The notes beneath the pieces are model-generated. The model had not been told where the DNA came from. It ran no database searches and saw only the letters and a program-made list of their open reading frames with translations. A DNA stretch of 64,000 nucleotides, from assembly GCA_002497295.1 (NCBI GenBank), contig DANO01000039.1:16405-80404 (forward strand), given 5' to 3'. Within the stretch, counting starts at the first letter, position 1; the number at the start of each line of letters is the position of its first letter. This document shows positions 1 to 10,203 of this stretch, in pieces. The position numbers were made by a program, and so were the translations under genes. The DNA comes from Euryarchaeota archaeon UBA171. Lineage in GTDB: Archaea; Thermoplasmatota; Poseidoniia; Poseidoniales; Thalassarchaeaceae.

Positions 1-772
1 GCTCCTCCCATCCTGCATCATCTTCTAGTGCGATCTTTGAAAGTCGCCTAGCCTTTTCTTCCAGACCCCTTCGAGCAAGATCAACGGATGTCCAGAATGC
101 TATTTCGGGAATCTCTACCCGTACTGACTCGTCATAATTTCTAGATTCTAAATTCGCATATGCATTATGCAAATCTAGTAATCTCTCAATCTCTAACAAC
201 GGTTGTGGGTGATCATCCACTCTCACATCGACTAATACGTCCTTCCATGGCCGGTTGCTCGGCTCGGAGTTGACAACCAATATCCTTGATGATTGCATCC
301 CCCTGATGTCGCCTCCCTCCTCCTGGGCAGCCTTGAGGGACTCTAGCATTCTTTGTGCTAAATCGCCACTGGATTTGACAAACCTGTCATGCATACTTTT
401 CCAAACCGAGGCACTCCACATCATGTTAGCCTGACAAGCAACCCCGTCGCCAGCAATATGACCAGCCTCGGGAATGGTTTTCCCGCCTGTGTGGATAGCC
501 ACTTGCCCGCTTGAATCGACCATTGCAACTTGTCTTATTTCAGGAGAATCATCTAAAGACATCCTGTATTCTAGTGCATCTTTAGCGGATTTTCCTTGCT
601 CCATCTGATCTAGGCCCAATGGTCCATGATCAATCATAGTCATTGCTTGTGTTGCTACGGCACCGACCCCAGACTTCGCCCAACAAACTATTCCTGATGC
701 AAACCAATGAGATTGTACTGCGACACCAAGATTACCAGTTTCTTGACATCTCGCGACTATTGAATAAGTCAT
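1..772 (-). CDS. DUF1028-family (Ntn-hydrolase fold) protein, C-terminus cut by window edge
   Basis: Absent from the ORF track because it runs off the edge. Manual translation from the ATG at 772-770 gives MTYSIVARCQETGNLGVAVQSHWFASGIVCWAKSGVG... This fits the N-terminal MT[FY]SIVAR...GVAVQS...GVG pattern I recall for DUF1028. It starts 1 nt after the stop of the upstream EVE gene. Confidence 0.7.
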   Translation of the reverse strand, partial: MTYSIVARCQETGNLGVAVQSHWFASGIVCWAKSGVGAVATQAMTMIDHGPLGLDQMEQGKSAKDALEYRMSLDDSPEIRQVAMVDSSGQVAIHTGGKTIPEAGHIAGDGVACQANMMWSASVWKSMHDRFVKSSGDLAQRMLESLKAAQEEGGDIRGMQSSRILVVNSEPSNRPWKDVLVDVRVDDHPQPLLEIERLLDLHNAYANLESRNYDESVRVEIPEIAFWTSVDLARRGLEEKARRLSKIALEDDAGWEE

Positions 773-773
773 T

Positions 774-1256
774 TTAACGCCCTATTGAAGTCGAGTCTAT
801 CCCGCCCATCTGACATACTATCCTGAAGTGTTCCTCTTCAACTGGCTGAACAGATAGCCGCTGCCCCCTAGCTAGGAGAGCCATTCCTTCTAGATCTCCA
901 TTTTGCCGTAGCTCATCGAGCGAAACTGCCTTCATTTCCGCCACAGGAGCAATGTCGACCATGAACCATCTTGGTGATTCAGGAGTGGATTTTTCATCCC
1001 TATATTTCGAATTGGAATCCCATGAGGTGTGATCGGGATATCCTTCTCTGACAACCTCCGCAACTCCTGCAACATGTGGGGGCTTGCAGTTTGAATGGTA
1101 GTACAGAACTAAATCACCAATCTTCATCGAGTCCCTCATGAAATTCCTAGCTTGGTAATTCCTAACTCCATCCCAGTGGGTTTTACCATCTTCTACTAGT
1201 TTGCTCCACGGATACACGTCCAATTCACTCTTCATCAACCAACTCGCCATCACCAC
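774..1256 (-). CDS. EVE (PUA-like, DUF55/THYN1-like) domain protein
   Basis: 160-aa ORF. Motifs WLMKSE...W.GVRNYQARNFMR..MKIGDLVLYYHSN....VAGVAEVVREGYPD are typical of EVE domains. Confidence 0.8.
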   Translation of the reverse strand: MVMASWLMKSELDVYPWSKLVEDGKTHWDGVRNYQARNFMRDSMKIGDLVLYYHSNCKPPHVAGVAEVVREGYPDHTSWDSNSKYRDEKSTPESPRWFMVDIAPVAEMKAVSLDELRQNGDLEGMALLARGQRLSVQPVEEEHFRIVCQMGGIDSTSIGR

Positions 1257-4195
1257 GCCTCCTTAGCTTCGTACACTGGTATCTGAGGCTCATTGTCGCT
1301 TGATTTAGAACGTCCGCCAGATATCTTCAGTATCATCGAGTTAGAACCACCTGTGAGAGGTATCCCCGATTTTACCAAGAATGAGTATATGGCGGGAAGC
1401 AGGAGAAGTGCAGAAAGAGCGGCAACCACTAGGAGGATGATTATCACAGTGATGAACGGCTTGATTGCAGGTATGGGTATCAGATACGCACACGTCATGC
1501 CAGCAGCAGTTACTATCGTCGCTTCGAATAGGCTCAAACCAGTGCTTGCACATGATGCTTCTATAGCTTCTATACTCCCGCCCAATTTCTTTACACGATT
1601 GGCAATATGTATGGAAAAGTCAACCCCGACGCCGACAAGTATCGAACCAATCATGACCGTAACCAGGGATAGTGAAACATTGCCAGAGTCCATCACAAGC
1701 CATTGCATCCCCACGGTGAATCCCACTGGAACCGTTGTGAGTAATGCGAATCTTAAGTCCCTGAATACTAACCCCAGTGTAATCACTGTAAACAGTAGTG
1801 CGAATCCCAAGGAGCTCCACTGCGAGCCCACAATTAACTCATTCACTTCTATCGTGATGGACGCAACCCCGACTAGCGGGGTCGATGTCAAAGCTCCTGA
1901 TGTATCTTGACTAGCATAGAGATCGATCTGCTCTGTTGCTGATTTCGTACGCTGAACGTCCATGAAAGGCATATCAATGTATATCAGACTGGATTGAAAA
2001 TCTGGAGCGATGAAGAACTCCCTCATCTCAAGAGACAGGCTGTTGTAGAAAACGTAGATTAGGAAATTCTGTGCCTGAACGCCTCCGGCTTCCTGCGCGT
2101 CAAGAAGATCAAGTGCACCCCAGAAAGATACATTTCCGTTCCGGCTGTTATTGAACAGTATATCTGAAATCTGGTCAACAGGCTCATTAATCGGGTCAGG
2201 AAGTGGAAGATCGTCTATAGTATCATCAATTGGTGTTCCAGAGACATTGATACCAACTGCTATGGCCTTCATCAGGAAGACTACAGATAACGCAGTTGTG
2301 CTTTCCACAAGATTGCACTTGGACTCTAACTCCTCCATCCCTTCGAGATTTGCATATGGATCTCCAAGTAGCACCGGGTCGCTGAACAATGAGGGGTTCG
2401 CAGATATATCGGCTTCCACGAGTAGGAAGCCGGGTTGACCCCCATCGAATTCGTCGGAATATGTTCCAAGTTTTTCAACTGCAGCAACGGTTTCTGGGGC
2501 CATCTCAAGCAAATCAATATTTTCTTCGACATTGGTCCTGCTGTACCCTGCGGATATGAGGACGAATACTAGGAAGACTGTGAGTGTAATTTTACTCCAT
2601 TTAGTCGGAACCCCCACACTCGCTGTGAAAATCCTGGGAGGTGGATGTGACGGTTTCTTCAAGTCCAAAATCATGGTTAAATTCGGGACCATCAGCATCG
2701 TCATGATGTAAACGATTACTATGCCCATAGCTAGACACCAACCCACTGTTTGTATGGGGGCCATGGGTGTGAAAGTAAGGGAGATGAATCCAATTATCGT
2801 AGTTATCGCCGAGAGTAAAACTGCACGTCCGGTCGAATCAAGAGCTGTTTTGATTTTTTCTTTTGGCGTACCTTTGGACTCCGCGTAGCTATTGGTTATG
2901 TGTAACCCGTATGAGACGCCTAGAGCTAACACTATCGGGCCTACAATAATCACCGTCATCGTGACCTCGTAATTCGTAAACCCGATTACCCCCATCGTAA
3001 TGAATACTGAACACAATGTCGGGAGGCCGGATATGATGACGACCTTTACGCCTTGCACGAATCGGATCCTTCCTGTCTGAAGTAGGTCGCAGTGGAAGAA
3101 AAACAAGGATAGTGCAACCGCTATCCCCCCTACTGGGAAAACTTGCCAGAATAATTTGAATGACTCTTCGGTAACGGCATTTGTAAGTGGAACAGGGCCA
3201 GTCAGGGTCATCTTAAGATTGAGGCATCTTTCCCCGTCTGTTGAATTCGCATCCTCGATACATTCAGACTCATCACTATTCCAGTTATTTTCGTTTGCAA
3301 TTTCAGATATTATACCCTGGGTCCTTTCAATGAGTTCAGAGACAGAGGAGTCTGCAACCCCATCTCCATCTCTATCGATATCATCCGCGACGCCTATTAT
3401 GATTACAGCCCGATTCCAATAGCCGGCCTTCTCAGCTTCCTTTATTCCGTCCCCATTAGAATCCCTACCCACGTCACGAACTAATTTGTCAAGGGCGTTT
3501 TGAGGCATTTCATCGAGAATCTGGTCTACTCTTTGCTGCTCATCGGGTATGTCGTAATTGCCTAGAAAATCCTCATTTTGAGATAATGTGGCATTTATTG
3601 ATTCTGCAAGTTCTTCATTCCCTATTGCGGTAGCTATGCCGGATCCAAAAGAACTGATAACGCGCCCTGCACTGGAATTAACCTCCTTTACAACTGTAGA
3701 TATGGATAATGCGTAAATGATATCGTCGTTCTGCCCATTGTCGTCCCTATTCGTATTTAGTCCACGTTCGACACGATCCATCTCTTCCAGAATTCGAACG
3801 GTTGTAATGTTGTAATCCTCTGATTCAACGTATATTATCATCACATTTGTAGTCCAAGTTTCTTCAACTCTGTACAGATTCTGGCTAACATCTGAACCTT
3901 GTGGCAAGTAAACTTCCAAATCGCCATTGACATTCATCGACGCGTCTTCATCACACCATGACGGATTGTAACCGTCTCTACAATCATTGATGCCGGAATG
4001 CATTATGAAAAACCCAGTAACGATTAGACACAGTACAACGGTTACTACTGGGGCTTTGATTAGTATGTCGCTTGTATCTATCCCGTCAAAACCCTGCCCT
4101 TTTTTTCCCGACTTTGTCTTACGGAGCGACTCGGCCTTCTCAGAAACACCTTCCAACGCTTTCTTCGCGCGCTGCAGGGCCCCGCGAGTCGTCAT
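1250..4195 (-). CDS. RND/MMPL-superfamily exporter with large extracytoplasmic domains
   Basis: The ORF is about 1000 aa with two blocks of multiple hydrophobic helices, separated and preceded by large acidic soluble domains (RND/MMPL topology). It carries DxDxDG-type Ca-binding-like motifs (DRDGDGVAD). The track ORF extends to 4288; a start at MTTRGAL (4195) is more likely. Confidence 0.7.
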   Translation of the reverse strand: MTTRGALQRAKKALEGVSEKAESLRKTKSGKKGQGFDGIDTSDILIKAPVVTVVLCLIVTGFFIMHSGINDCRDGYNPSWCDEDASMNVNGDLEVYLPQGSDVSQNLYRVEETWTTNVMIIYVESEDYNITTVRILEEMDRVERGLNTNRDDNGQNDDIIYALSISTVVKEVNSSAGRVISSFGSGIATAIGNEELAESINATLSQNEDFLGNYDIPDEQQRVDQILDEMPQNALDKLVRDVGRDSNGDGIKEAEKAGYWNRAVIIIGVADDIDRDGDGVADSSVSELIERTQGIISEIANENNWNSDESECIEDANSTDGERCLNLKMTLTGPVPLTNAVTEESFKLFWQVFPVGGIAVALSLFFFHCDLLQTGRIRFVQGVKVVIISGLPTLCSVFITMGVIGFTNYEVTMTVIIVGPIVLALGVSYGLHITNSYAESKGTPKEKIKTALDSTGRAVLLSAITTIIGFISLTFTPMAPIQTVGWCLAMGIVIVYIMTMLMVPNLTMILDLKKPSHPPPRIFTASVGVPTKWSKITLTVFLVFVLISAGYSRTNVEENIDLLEMAPETVAAVEKLGTYSDEFDGGQPGFLLVEADISANPSLFSDPVLLGDPYANLEGMEELESKCNLVESTTALSVVFLMKAIAVGINVSGTPIDDTIDDLPLPDPINEPVDQISDILFNNSRNGNVSFWGALDLLDAQEAGGVQAQNFLIYVFYNSLSLEMREFFIAPDFQSSLIYIDMPFMDVQRTKSATEQIDLYASQDTSGALTSTPLVGVASITIEVNELIVGSQWSSLGFALLFTVITLGLVFRDLRFALLTTVPVGFTVGMQWLVMDSGNVSLSLVTVMIGSILVGVGVDFSIHIANRVKKLGGSIEAIEASCASTGLSLFEATIVTAAGMTCAYLIPIPAIKPFITVIIILLVVAALSALLLLPAIYSFLVKSGIPLTGGSNSMILKISGGRSKSSDNEPQIPVYEAKEAW

Positions 4196-4314
4196 GGCCG
4201 TTGAGCGCGGCAGTAACTGCTTCAATACGACGGATGTTTTGGGTACCTTTACCCGTTTAAGACGATGAATGACAATCGTCAAGTGCATTGCACTAGGCCC
4301 AAGGCTGAAGAAAT

Positions 4315-6768
4315 ATGGGCGAGGCGCGGTTTGAGGATAAGAGATGGTCAGTTGACCTCGAGCATAAAATCCTTGATCAGCTCGACAAATCTTCGTCTAA
4401 ATCCCAATTCTCCTTCAATCCGTCATCTGAACGGGAGATATTCGTAATTGACACTCCGCCGCCCTATCCGAGTGGCACTTGGCACATCGGTGCTGTCGCT
4501 CAATACAGCATGATAGATGTCATCGCGAGGAGTCAAAGGCTCCTCGGAAAAGAAGTGTATTTTCCATGGGGAGTAGATAGAAACGGCATCAATATCGAAT
4601 TCACAGTTGAGCGGAAACATAATCGAAAAATGCGCACTTTCGATCGTGCTGATTTTATTGATGAATGCCGAATTACAATAGATGAGTACACTGATGCAAT
4701 GCGAAAAACTGCGAGAAGGGTCGGACTCTCATGTGACTTCGATAAGCAGTACCTGACGGACTCTCCGGAATATAGGTCGGTAACTCAATCAATCTTCGTC
4801 GATCTATTGTTGAAAGGGAATATTGTAGAAGATCTAAGGCCTAACCTCTATGATCCAGTCGAGGGGACAACCATCGCCGATGCGGAGGTTACGAGAGTAT
4901 CAAGAGCAACCAGACTAGTCCACGTGGAATGGTCAACTGAAGATGGTCAGAAAGTCATCATATCCACTACAAGACCTGAATTAATCTGTGCTTGTGGTGT
5001 TGTTTTAGTTCATCCGGAGGATGATAGGTACACGCATTTACACGGAAAGAGGATTTCTCTCCCCATGCCAGTGAATGGCCGTGCAGAATCGGTGGAAATT
5101 ATAGCACATCCTTCGGTAAAAATGGACTTCGGATCAGGAGTTCTTATGGTGTGTAGCTATGGTGATCAAAATGACGTGGCGGTGTTCAGAGAACTTGGTC
5201 TAGATCCCTATCAAGCCATCGATTTAGATGGTAGAATGACGGATATTTCCGGACCTCTCTCTGGCATGACTGTGATGGAAGCTAGAAATGAGGCTGTGGA
5301 ACTTCTTGGGAGGAAGGATAAAATTGATTCAATTGAAGACCGGGATCAGGAGATTCCCGTTAGCGAAAGGGGCGGCAATCCCATCGAGATTATACTATTG
5401 AAAGAGTGGTATGTGAAACAAGTAGGTATACAGGATCGACTAGAGGAACTAGTCGATAAAATCCGCTTTGTACCGGAGCGTAACAAGCAGTTACTACTTG
5501 ATTGGATGCAGGGTATAAGCATAGACTGGCCAATCAGCAGGAGGCGTTGGTATCATACCGAGATACCCATATGGTATTCCGAGGACGGGGAAACAATAGT
5601 CGTCCCTCCAAGTGGTACCTATGTGAGGCCATGGTGTGAAAATCCCCCGCCAGGTTCAGTTGCAATAAACCGATCTACGAGAGAGGAACTCGGGAAATAT
5701 GAGAATCTCGATCTTGGAGAGCTTGTCGGTGAGGGCAAGGTCTTCGATACCTGGATGGACTCTTCAAATTCAAATCTGTTTGTCTCTGGATACGGGGGGG
5801 ATGATTCTAATTTCATGAGAGCCTTTCCAACTGCGTTAAGGCCGCAGGGAAAGGAGATCGTAAGAACTTGGCTCTATTACACGATGCTCAAGAGCGCCCA
5901 TCTACTGGACTCGCCCGCGTTTCAGACTGTTTGGATCGACGGACTTGGAATGGATCCGTGGGGCAGAAAGATGTCTAAATCTTGGGGCAATGGGATTGAC
6001 GCAGATTCGGTCCTTGATTGCGGTCTCGGGGGAAGAACGGGTTCATGGCAGATAAGAGGGCCGGATGGAAAATCAGTTAAGCTCAAGGCTAACAAAATTG
6101 GGTCTGAGTGTTTCAGACTCTGGAAAGCAGCTGAAGCCCAGGTCGGTGACGATTTTCACATTAATCCCGAGGAAATCGAATCAAAATATTTCGGAGTGCT
6201 GACTAAGATATTCAACGTTGCAAGATTCGCTAGTCAGTTCAAATCTCCAGGGTCCATGCCCCCCAACCTCTCTAATGCTGATATGTGGATACTATCGGAG
6301 TATGACAGAATGAGGGAAAGCACTGAAAGGCATTGGTCGGAGATTGACATATATTCTGCAACACAAGCAGTGAAGACATTCCTAACTGGAGTATTCCCCA
6401 GTCATTGGATGGAAATGGCGAAGAGCAGACTCTACGACGACGATCCCAGTGCGGCGTGGACGCTTCACACAGTTCTTTCAGGTTCTCTTGCCATATTCTC
6501 CCCCGTATGTCCGTTGTTTTGTCACCACTTATCCGGAGTATTGTACGGCAAAAGTACGATGTACGAAAATGAATACCCGCGATCACCCGGAGTCACAATC
6601 AATTCTAGCGATTCAGTCACGAAATCGATGATGCAGTTTAACGCTGAGATATGGAGAACTAAGAAGGAAAGGAACCTATCCCTAAAGTCCCCCCTCGAAG
6701 ATGTTTCAATACCCTATGAATTAGAAGACTATGCCATCGATCTTCAGAAGATGCATTCACTGGTCTAA
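4315..6768 (+). CDS. valS: valyl-tRNA synthetase (class Ia, archaeal type)
   Basis: 817 aa. Motifs seen: IDTPPPYPSG.WHIG (HIGH region), CP1 editing-like GSGVLMVCSYGDQNDV, DWPISRRRW, DTWMDSS and an intact KMSKS. Val is favoured over Ile/Leu on size and the MVC.[YF]GD motif. Confidence 0.72.
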   Translation: MGEARFEDKRWSVDLEHKILDQLDKSSSKSQFSFNPSSEREIFVIDTPPPYPSGTWHIGAVAQYSMIDVIARSQRLLGKEVYFPWGVDRNGINIEFTVERKHNRKMRTFDRADFIDECRITIDEYTDAMRKTARRVGLSCDFDKQYLTDSPEYRSVTQSIFVDLLLKGNIVEDLRPNLYDPVEGTTIADAEVTRVSRATRLVHVEWSTEDGQKVIISTTRPELICACGVVLVHPEDDRYTHLHGKRISLPMPVNGRAESVEIIAHPSVKMDFGSGVLMVCSYGDQNDVAVFRELGLDPYQAIDLDGRMTDISGPLSGMTVMEARNEAVELLGRKDKIDSIEDRDQEIPVSERGGNPIEIILLKEWYVKQVGIQDRLEELVDKIRFVPERNKQLLLDWMQGISIDWPISRRRWYHTEIPIWYSEDGETIVVPPSGTYVRPWCENPPPGSVAINRSTREELGKYENLDLGELVGEGKVFDTWMDSSNSNLFVSGYGGDDSNFMRAFPTALRPQGKEIVRTWLYYTMLKSAHLLDSPAFQTVWIDGLGMDPWGRKMSKSWGNGIDADSVLDCGLGGRTGSWQIRGPDGKSVKLKANKIGSECFRLWKAAEAQVGDDFHINPEEIESKYFGVLTKIFNVARFASQFKSPGSMPPNLSNADMWILSEYDRMRESTERHWSEIDIYSATQAVKTFLTGVFPSHWMEMAKSRLYDDDPSAAWTLHTVLSGSLAIFSPVCPLFCHHLSGVLYGKSTMYENEYPRSPGVTINSSDSVTKSMMQFNAEIWRTKKERNLSLKSPLEDVSIPYELEDYAIDLQKMHSLV

Positions 6769-7724
6769 GACTCGAACTCAGATAAGATCAGATTTACGAT
6801 TTCCATTCCTATCCGCTTCTGAGACTCTACAGTAGCTGCTCCGATGTGGGGCGTTGAAGTCACGTTAGTGTGTGATGATAGGGCGGGATTACCCTCCGGC
6901 TCATTTTCGAAAACATCTATGCCAAGACTTCTGATATGGCCCGAATCTAGCATTCTATGCGCATCTGACTCGTTCAATATGCCTCCCCTAGCACAATTCA
7001 CAATATGCCTCCCACAGACTGTTCCATCAGGGGAGACATCCGGCATAAGTTGAATCAAATCAAAATTCACCATCCCGCGTGTCGATTCGGTCAATGCACA
7101 ATGTATGCTTATGTGCGTACAAGACGAGAAGAGGGATTCTACAGAGTCGTGTATGATTACGTCGGAGTTCTTTGCGAGATCCTTTTCGAGAAATGGGTCG
7201 AAGACATGCACAGTCATCCCCAGTGACTTAGCTACCACCGCAACTCCTCTCGATATCCTCCCGTATCCAACTAGCCCCAAATTCTTGCCTGATAACTCAG
7301 TACCCGTTGAGTTCTTCTTTGCCCATATTGTGGAACGCATCGCTCTATCTGCTCGGGATATGTTCCTGACCCCTGTGAGGAGGTGGCCGATGGTGAACTC
7401 TACGACTGCCTTGGTAGAGGCAGTAGGCGTGTTCTTCACCAATATCCCATATTCTGAGGCCTTTCCCAAATCGATATTGTCCAACCCTACCCCTGCTCTG
7501 ACTATGAGTCGAATACATGAATCCGGAGACATATTTGCTGCAAGCACTTCAGAATCAATTTTCGTGGCCGATCTGATGATTATGGCATGATATCCGGATA
7601 TCGCCCCTCCTAACAATTCGTCTCTTTCGAAGTGTATCAGATCCACATGATGCCCCTTCTCTAGAAGTATTTTGACGCATTCAGGATCGAGCCCGTCCGT
7701 AGCGAGTACCCTTGCCATGGGCAT
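6765..7724 (-). CDS. D-isomer-specific 2-hydroxyacid dehydrogenase (SerA/phosphoglycerate dehydrogenase-like, no ACT domain)
   Basis: 319 aa. It has the NAD-binding LGLVGYGRISRGVA motif and the C-terminal catalytic region NCARGG...D...E...HIG typical of the family. Confidence 0.8.
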   Translation of the reverse strand: MPMARVLATDGLDPECVKILLEKGHHVDLIHFERDELLGGAISGYHAIIIRSATKIDSEVLAANMSPDSCIRLIVRAGVGLDNIDLGKASEYGILVKNTPTASTKAVVEFTIGHLLTGVRNISRADRAMRSTIWAKKNSTGTELSGKNLGLVGYGRISRGVAVVAKSLGMTVHVFDPFLEKDLAKNSDVIIHDSVESLFSSCTHISIHCALTESTRGMVNFDLIQLMPDVSPDGTVCGRHIVNCARGGILNESDAHRMLDSGHIRSLGIDVFENEPEGNPALSSHTNVTSTPHIGAATVESQKRIGMEIVNLILSEFES

Positions 7725-7792
7725 GCTCTTGTCTATGAGTCAGTTATTGTTGCCCTCGACATATTGATTTATCAGTCTCCGTAGCGTACCTC

Positions 7793-8401
7793 ATGACCTT
7801 TCAACTGCCTGACCTTAATTACGCATACGATGCCTTGGAACCACACCTCGATGCCTTGACCATGGAGATACATCATTCGAAGCATCATGCAGGTTACACC
7901 GCTAAGTTGAACGCTGCAATCAGCGGCACCGAATTGGAGGGCTCTAGCATAGAGGATATCCTGTCTGTGTGTGCTGATTCTCCAGGTATCAGAAACAACG
8001 GTGGCGGATATTGGAACCATTGCTTTTTCTGGGAGTCCATGAGTCCGAACAGCACATCAGCAGAACCGTCTGGCTCTCTTTCTGAAGCCATTGATTCCGC
8101 ATTCGGCTCATTTGAGGAGTTTAAGTCAGAATTCAAGAAGGCAGCACTCACTAGGTTTGGTTCCGGATGGGCCTGGCTCTGTATGGGCGATAATGGACTC
8201 ACCATCTGCAGTACGCCCAATCAAGATAATCCTCTAATGAACATAGGTGGATGCGGGGATTCGCCTATATTGGGAATAGATGTCTGGGAACACGCATACT
8301 ACAAGAAATTCGGACCCGGCCGTGGCGATTACGTCGATGCTTGGTGGAACGTCGTGAATTGGGCCGTCGTCGAGGATAGGTTCAACTCAGCATCCCAGTG
8401 A
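7793..8401 (+). CDS. sod: Fe/Mn superoxide dismutase
   Basis: 202 aa. The sequence F.LP.L.Y.YDALEPH.D..TMEIHH.KHH..Y plus the C-terminal DVWEHAYY motif is diagnostic. Confidence 0.95.
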   Translation: MTFQLPDLNYAYDALEPHLDALTMEIHHSKHHAGYTAKLNAAISGTELEGSSIEDILSVCADSPGIRNNGGGYWNHCFFWESMSPNSTSAEPSGSLSEAIDSAFGSFEEFKSEFKKAALTRFGSGWAWLCMGDNGLTICSTPNQDNPLMNIGGCGDSPILGIDVWEHAYYKKFGPGRGDYVDAWWNVVNWAVVEDRFNSASQ

Positions 8402-9438
8402 CGCATCACGTGGCCTCGGACTCCGGTGACATCTTCTCCGCGGTACTAATCCTAATCATCCCCGTTCTTCTCACGGTCCCTCTCAGGGTTCTCTGGTCGT
8501 GGTGGATTGGCAACGAACCAGAGCATCTGCACTATCGCGAACGCTTTACTTCTGTTATCGACTCGGGCTTTCCGATCAAGAATTTCCGTCAAGAGTTGGA
8601 TAGAACGGCTCGCCAATATGATATCGATTTAGAACGTCAAACCAGAATCGAAACAGATATGCTACATCCTCTCGACATGAGGCATTTCTTGCTTGTACCT
8701 TCCTTGGTTGTATGGCCAATCCTGAGTATACCAGCTGGATTCGTATTCCTCCCTCTTCTCCCAGTAACTAGATTTTTCGAATATATCTTGATTGAGAAAA
8801 AGGTACTCTTACTGGTTCTGAGGATCGTAAAGAAAGCAACCGGTTGGGACGTAGTCTGGATAGATAGGCCGGGAGACCCCACCCGCCCACCGGAACCTGT
8901 TATCGCTGCGATACACCGCCTCCCCATAACTGTCCTCTTAGGTGTATTCGCCTACCTCATCGTATCATATCTGTCGGTTTCCTTCAACCTCATCGCTGCC
9001 ATAACGGTCGGAGTCTATGTCATCTTAGTAGCTGCGATATCCATCATAAGAGCAGCCACCAGTGGATCGCTCGTATTCATGGATGCTAGAAACCGTCGTA
9101 TGATTCCTGCGGATAGTTTCGTCGAACAGCTAATCGGACCGTGGGTGGGGGTCGGACTTGTCTTCCTCTTATCAAGACAAATCGCTCTCTCATCAACAAT
9201 CAGGACTGGGGCCCTTTCCGATCCTTCTTATTTTGCGATGACTGTGGTCCTGGTCTTGTATATCGCCACAATAATCGGTATCTCTCTGGAGCTGTCTTTC
9301 TTCAGAACGCGAGGTAGAGTTGTTGAGTCCGCTTTCGAAGAGCAGGTTGAGAACCACATGGATCCGGATGAGTATAGGTTCATACGTCATCTGGGAACTT
9401 ATCAACTAGTAGACTCGGATAATCAGAATGCAGAATGA
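8398..9438 (+). CDS. polytopic membrane protein, unknown function
   Basis: 346-aa ORF with several hydrophobic helices. Its GTG start overlaps the sod stop (aGTGA). I recognise no family. Confidence 0.55.
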   Translation: MTHHVASDSGDIFSAVLILIIPVLLTVPLRVLWSWWIGNEPEHLHYRERFTSVIDSGFPIKNFRQELDRTARQYDIDLERQTRIETDMLHPLDMRHFLLVPSLVVWPILSIPAGFVFLPLLPVTRFFEYILIEKKVLLLVLRIVKKATGWDVVWIDRPGDPTRPPEPVIAAIHRLPITVLLGVFAYLIVSYLSVSFNLIAAITVGVYVILVAAISIIRAATSGSLVFMDARNRRMIPADSFVEQLIGPWVGVGLVFLLSRQIALSSTIRTGALSDPSYFAMTVVLVLYIATIIGISLELSFFRTRGRVVESAFEEQVENHMDPDEYRFIRHLGTYQLVDSDNQNAE

Positions 9439-10199
9439 ATGGTTGATATCTCCACATCCATGCCCTTGTGATTAATCACGCCGTCCAAAACACCTTCATC
9501 GGCAATAGCATGTGCAAAAGAATCCACAAAAGGCGTGAAAATCTTCAATTTACCATCTTCAGTGATTAAGCGCCCCATATCCAGTGCAGCCTCGGATCTT
9601 ATCCTGACGAGCCTCTTTGTTACGGGGTTCCTGGAATCTAGCCTAGCATGTATCTCCTGCCCAGGATAGCATCCATTTTCCAGCTTAACGAAATCTGATA
9701 GACCAATTTCATGAGGCAGATACCTCCCTCCTAGATGATACTCCGTTAACCCTCCTTGTGCCAGTGCAAAATGCAGTAACGAGAGATTTGTGGACTCCTC
9801 ACCTCCCTCGTCCGATGAAATTCTGATTCTGAAATTACTTTCAATTCCAATTCCTCGTATGAGAATTCCATCACTATGGCCAGAGCCTCTCTCATCTTGG
9901 ATGAATCTTGCAATTACAAGAGACGCGTCTCTGACTGAACCGCCCTTCTTACTCAGATTTCTTGCTATTGCAGAGAGATAGTCCGGTTTCCCTCTACATA
10001 GATGGAGCAATATCAACCCGGCCTCATCGTGAATAACGTATGGAGCATCAATAGTTCTTCCAACCGGATCGCATATTACGGCCCTAGATATCGACCCAGG
10101 CGGATATGGCTTAATTTTCACAGTAGAAATAGAAGACAGGACATCTTCAATTCCATCTCCCTCGAGAAGGGTCGTTGGGCGCGAGTCTTCTATATTCAT
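9423..10199 (-). CDS. YgfZ/GcvT-like folate-binding protein (Fe-S cluster maintenance family)
   Basis: It contains the family signature K/N-GCYpGQE (here NGCYPGQEIHARL). The start was moved to MNIEDS (10199) to avoid overlap with the upstream IscA-like gene; the track ORF extends to 10268. Confidence 0.6.
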   Translation of the reverse strand: MNIEDSRPTTLLEGDGIEDVLSSISTVKIKPYPPGSISRAVICDPVGRTIDAPYVIHDEAGLILLHLCRGKPDYLSAIARNLSKKGGSVRDASLVIARFIQDERGSGHSDGILIRGIGIESNFRIRISSDEGGEESTNLSLLHFALAQGGLTEYHLGGRYLPHEIGLSDFVKLENGCYPGQEIHARLDSRNPVTKRLVRIRSEAALDMGRLITEDGKLKIFTPFVDSFAHAIADEGVLDGVINHKGMDVEISTIHSAF

Positions 10200-10203
10200 A
10201 CCA

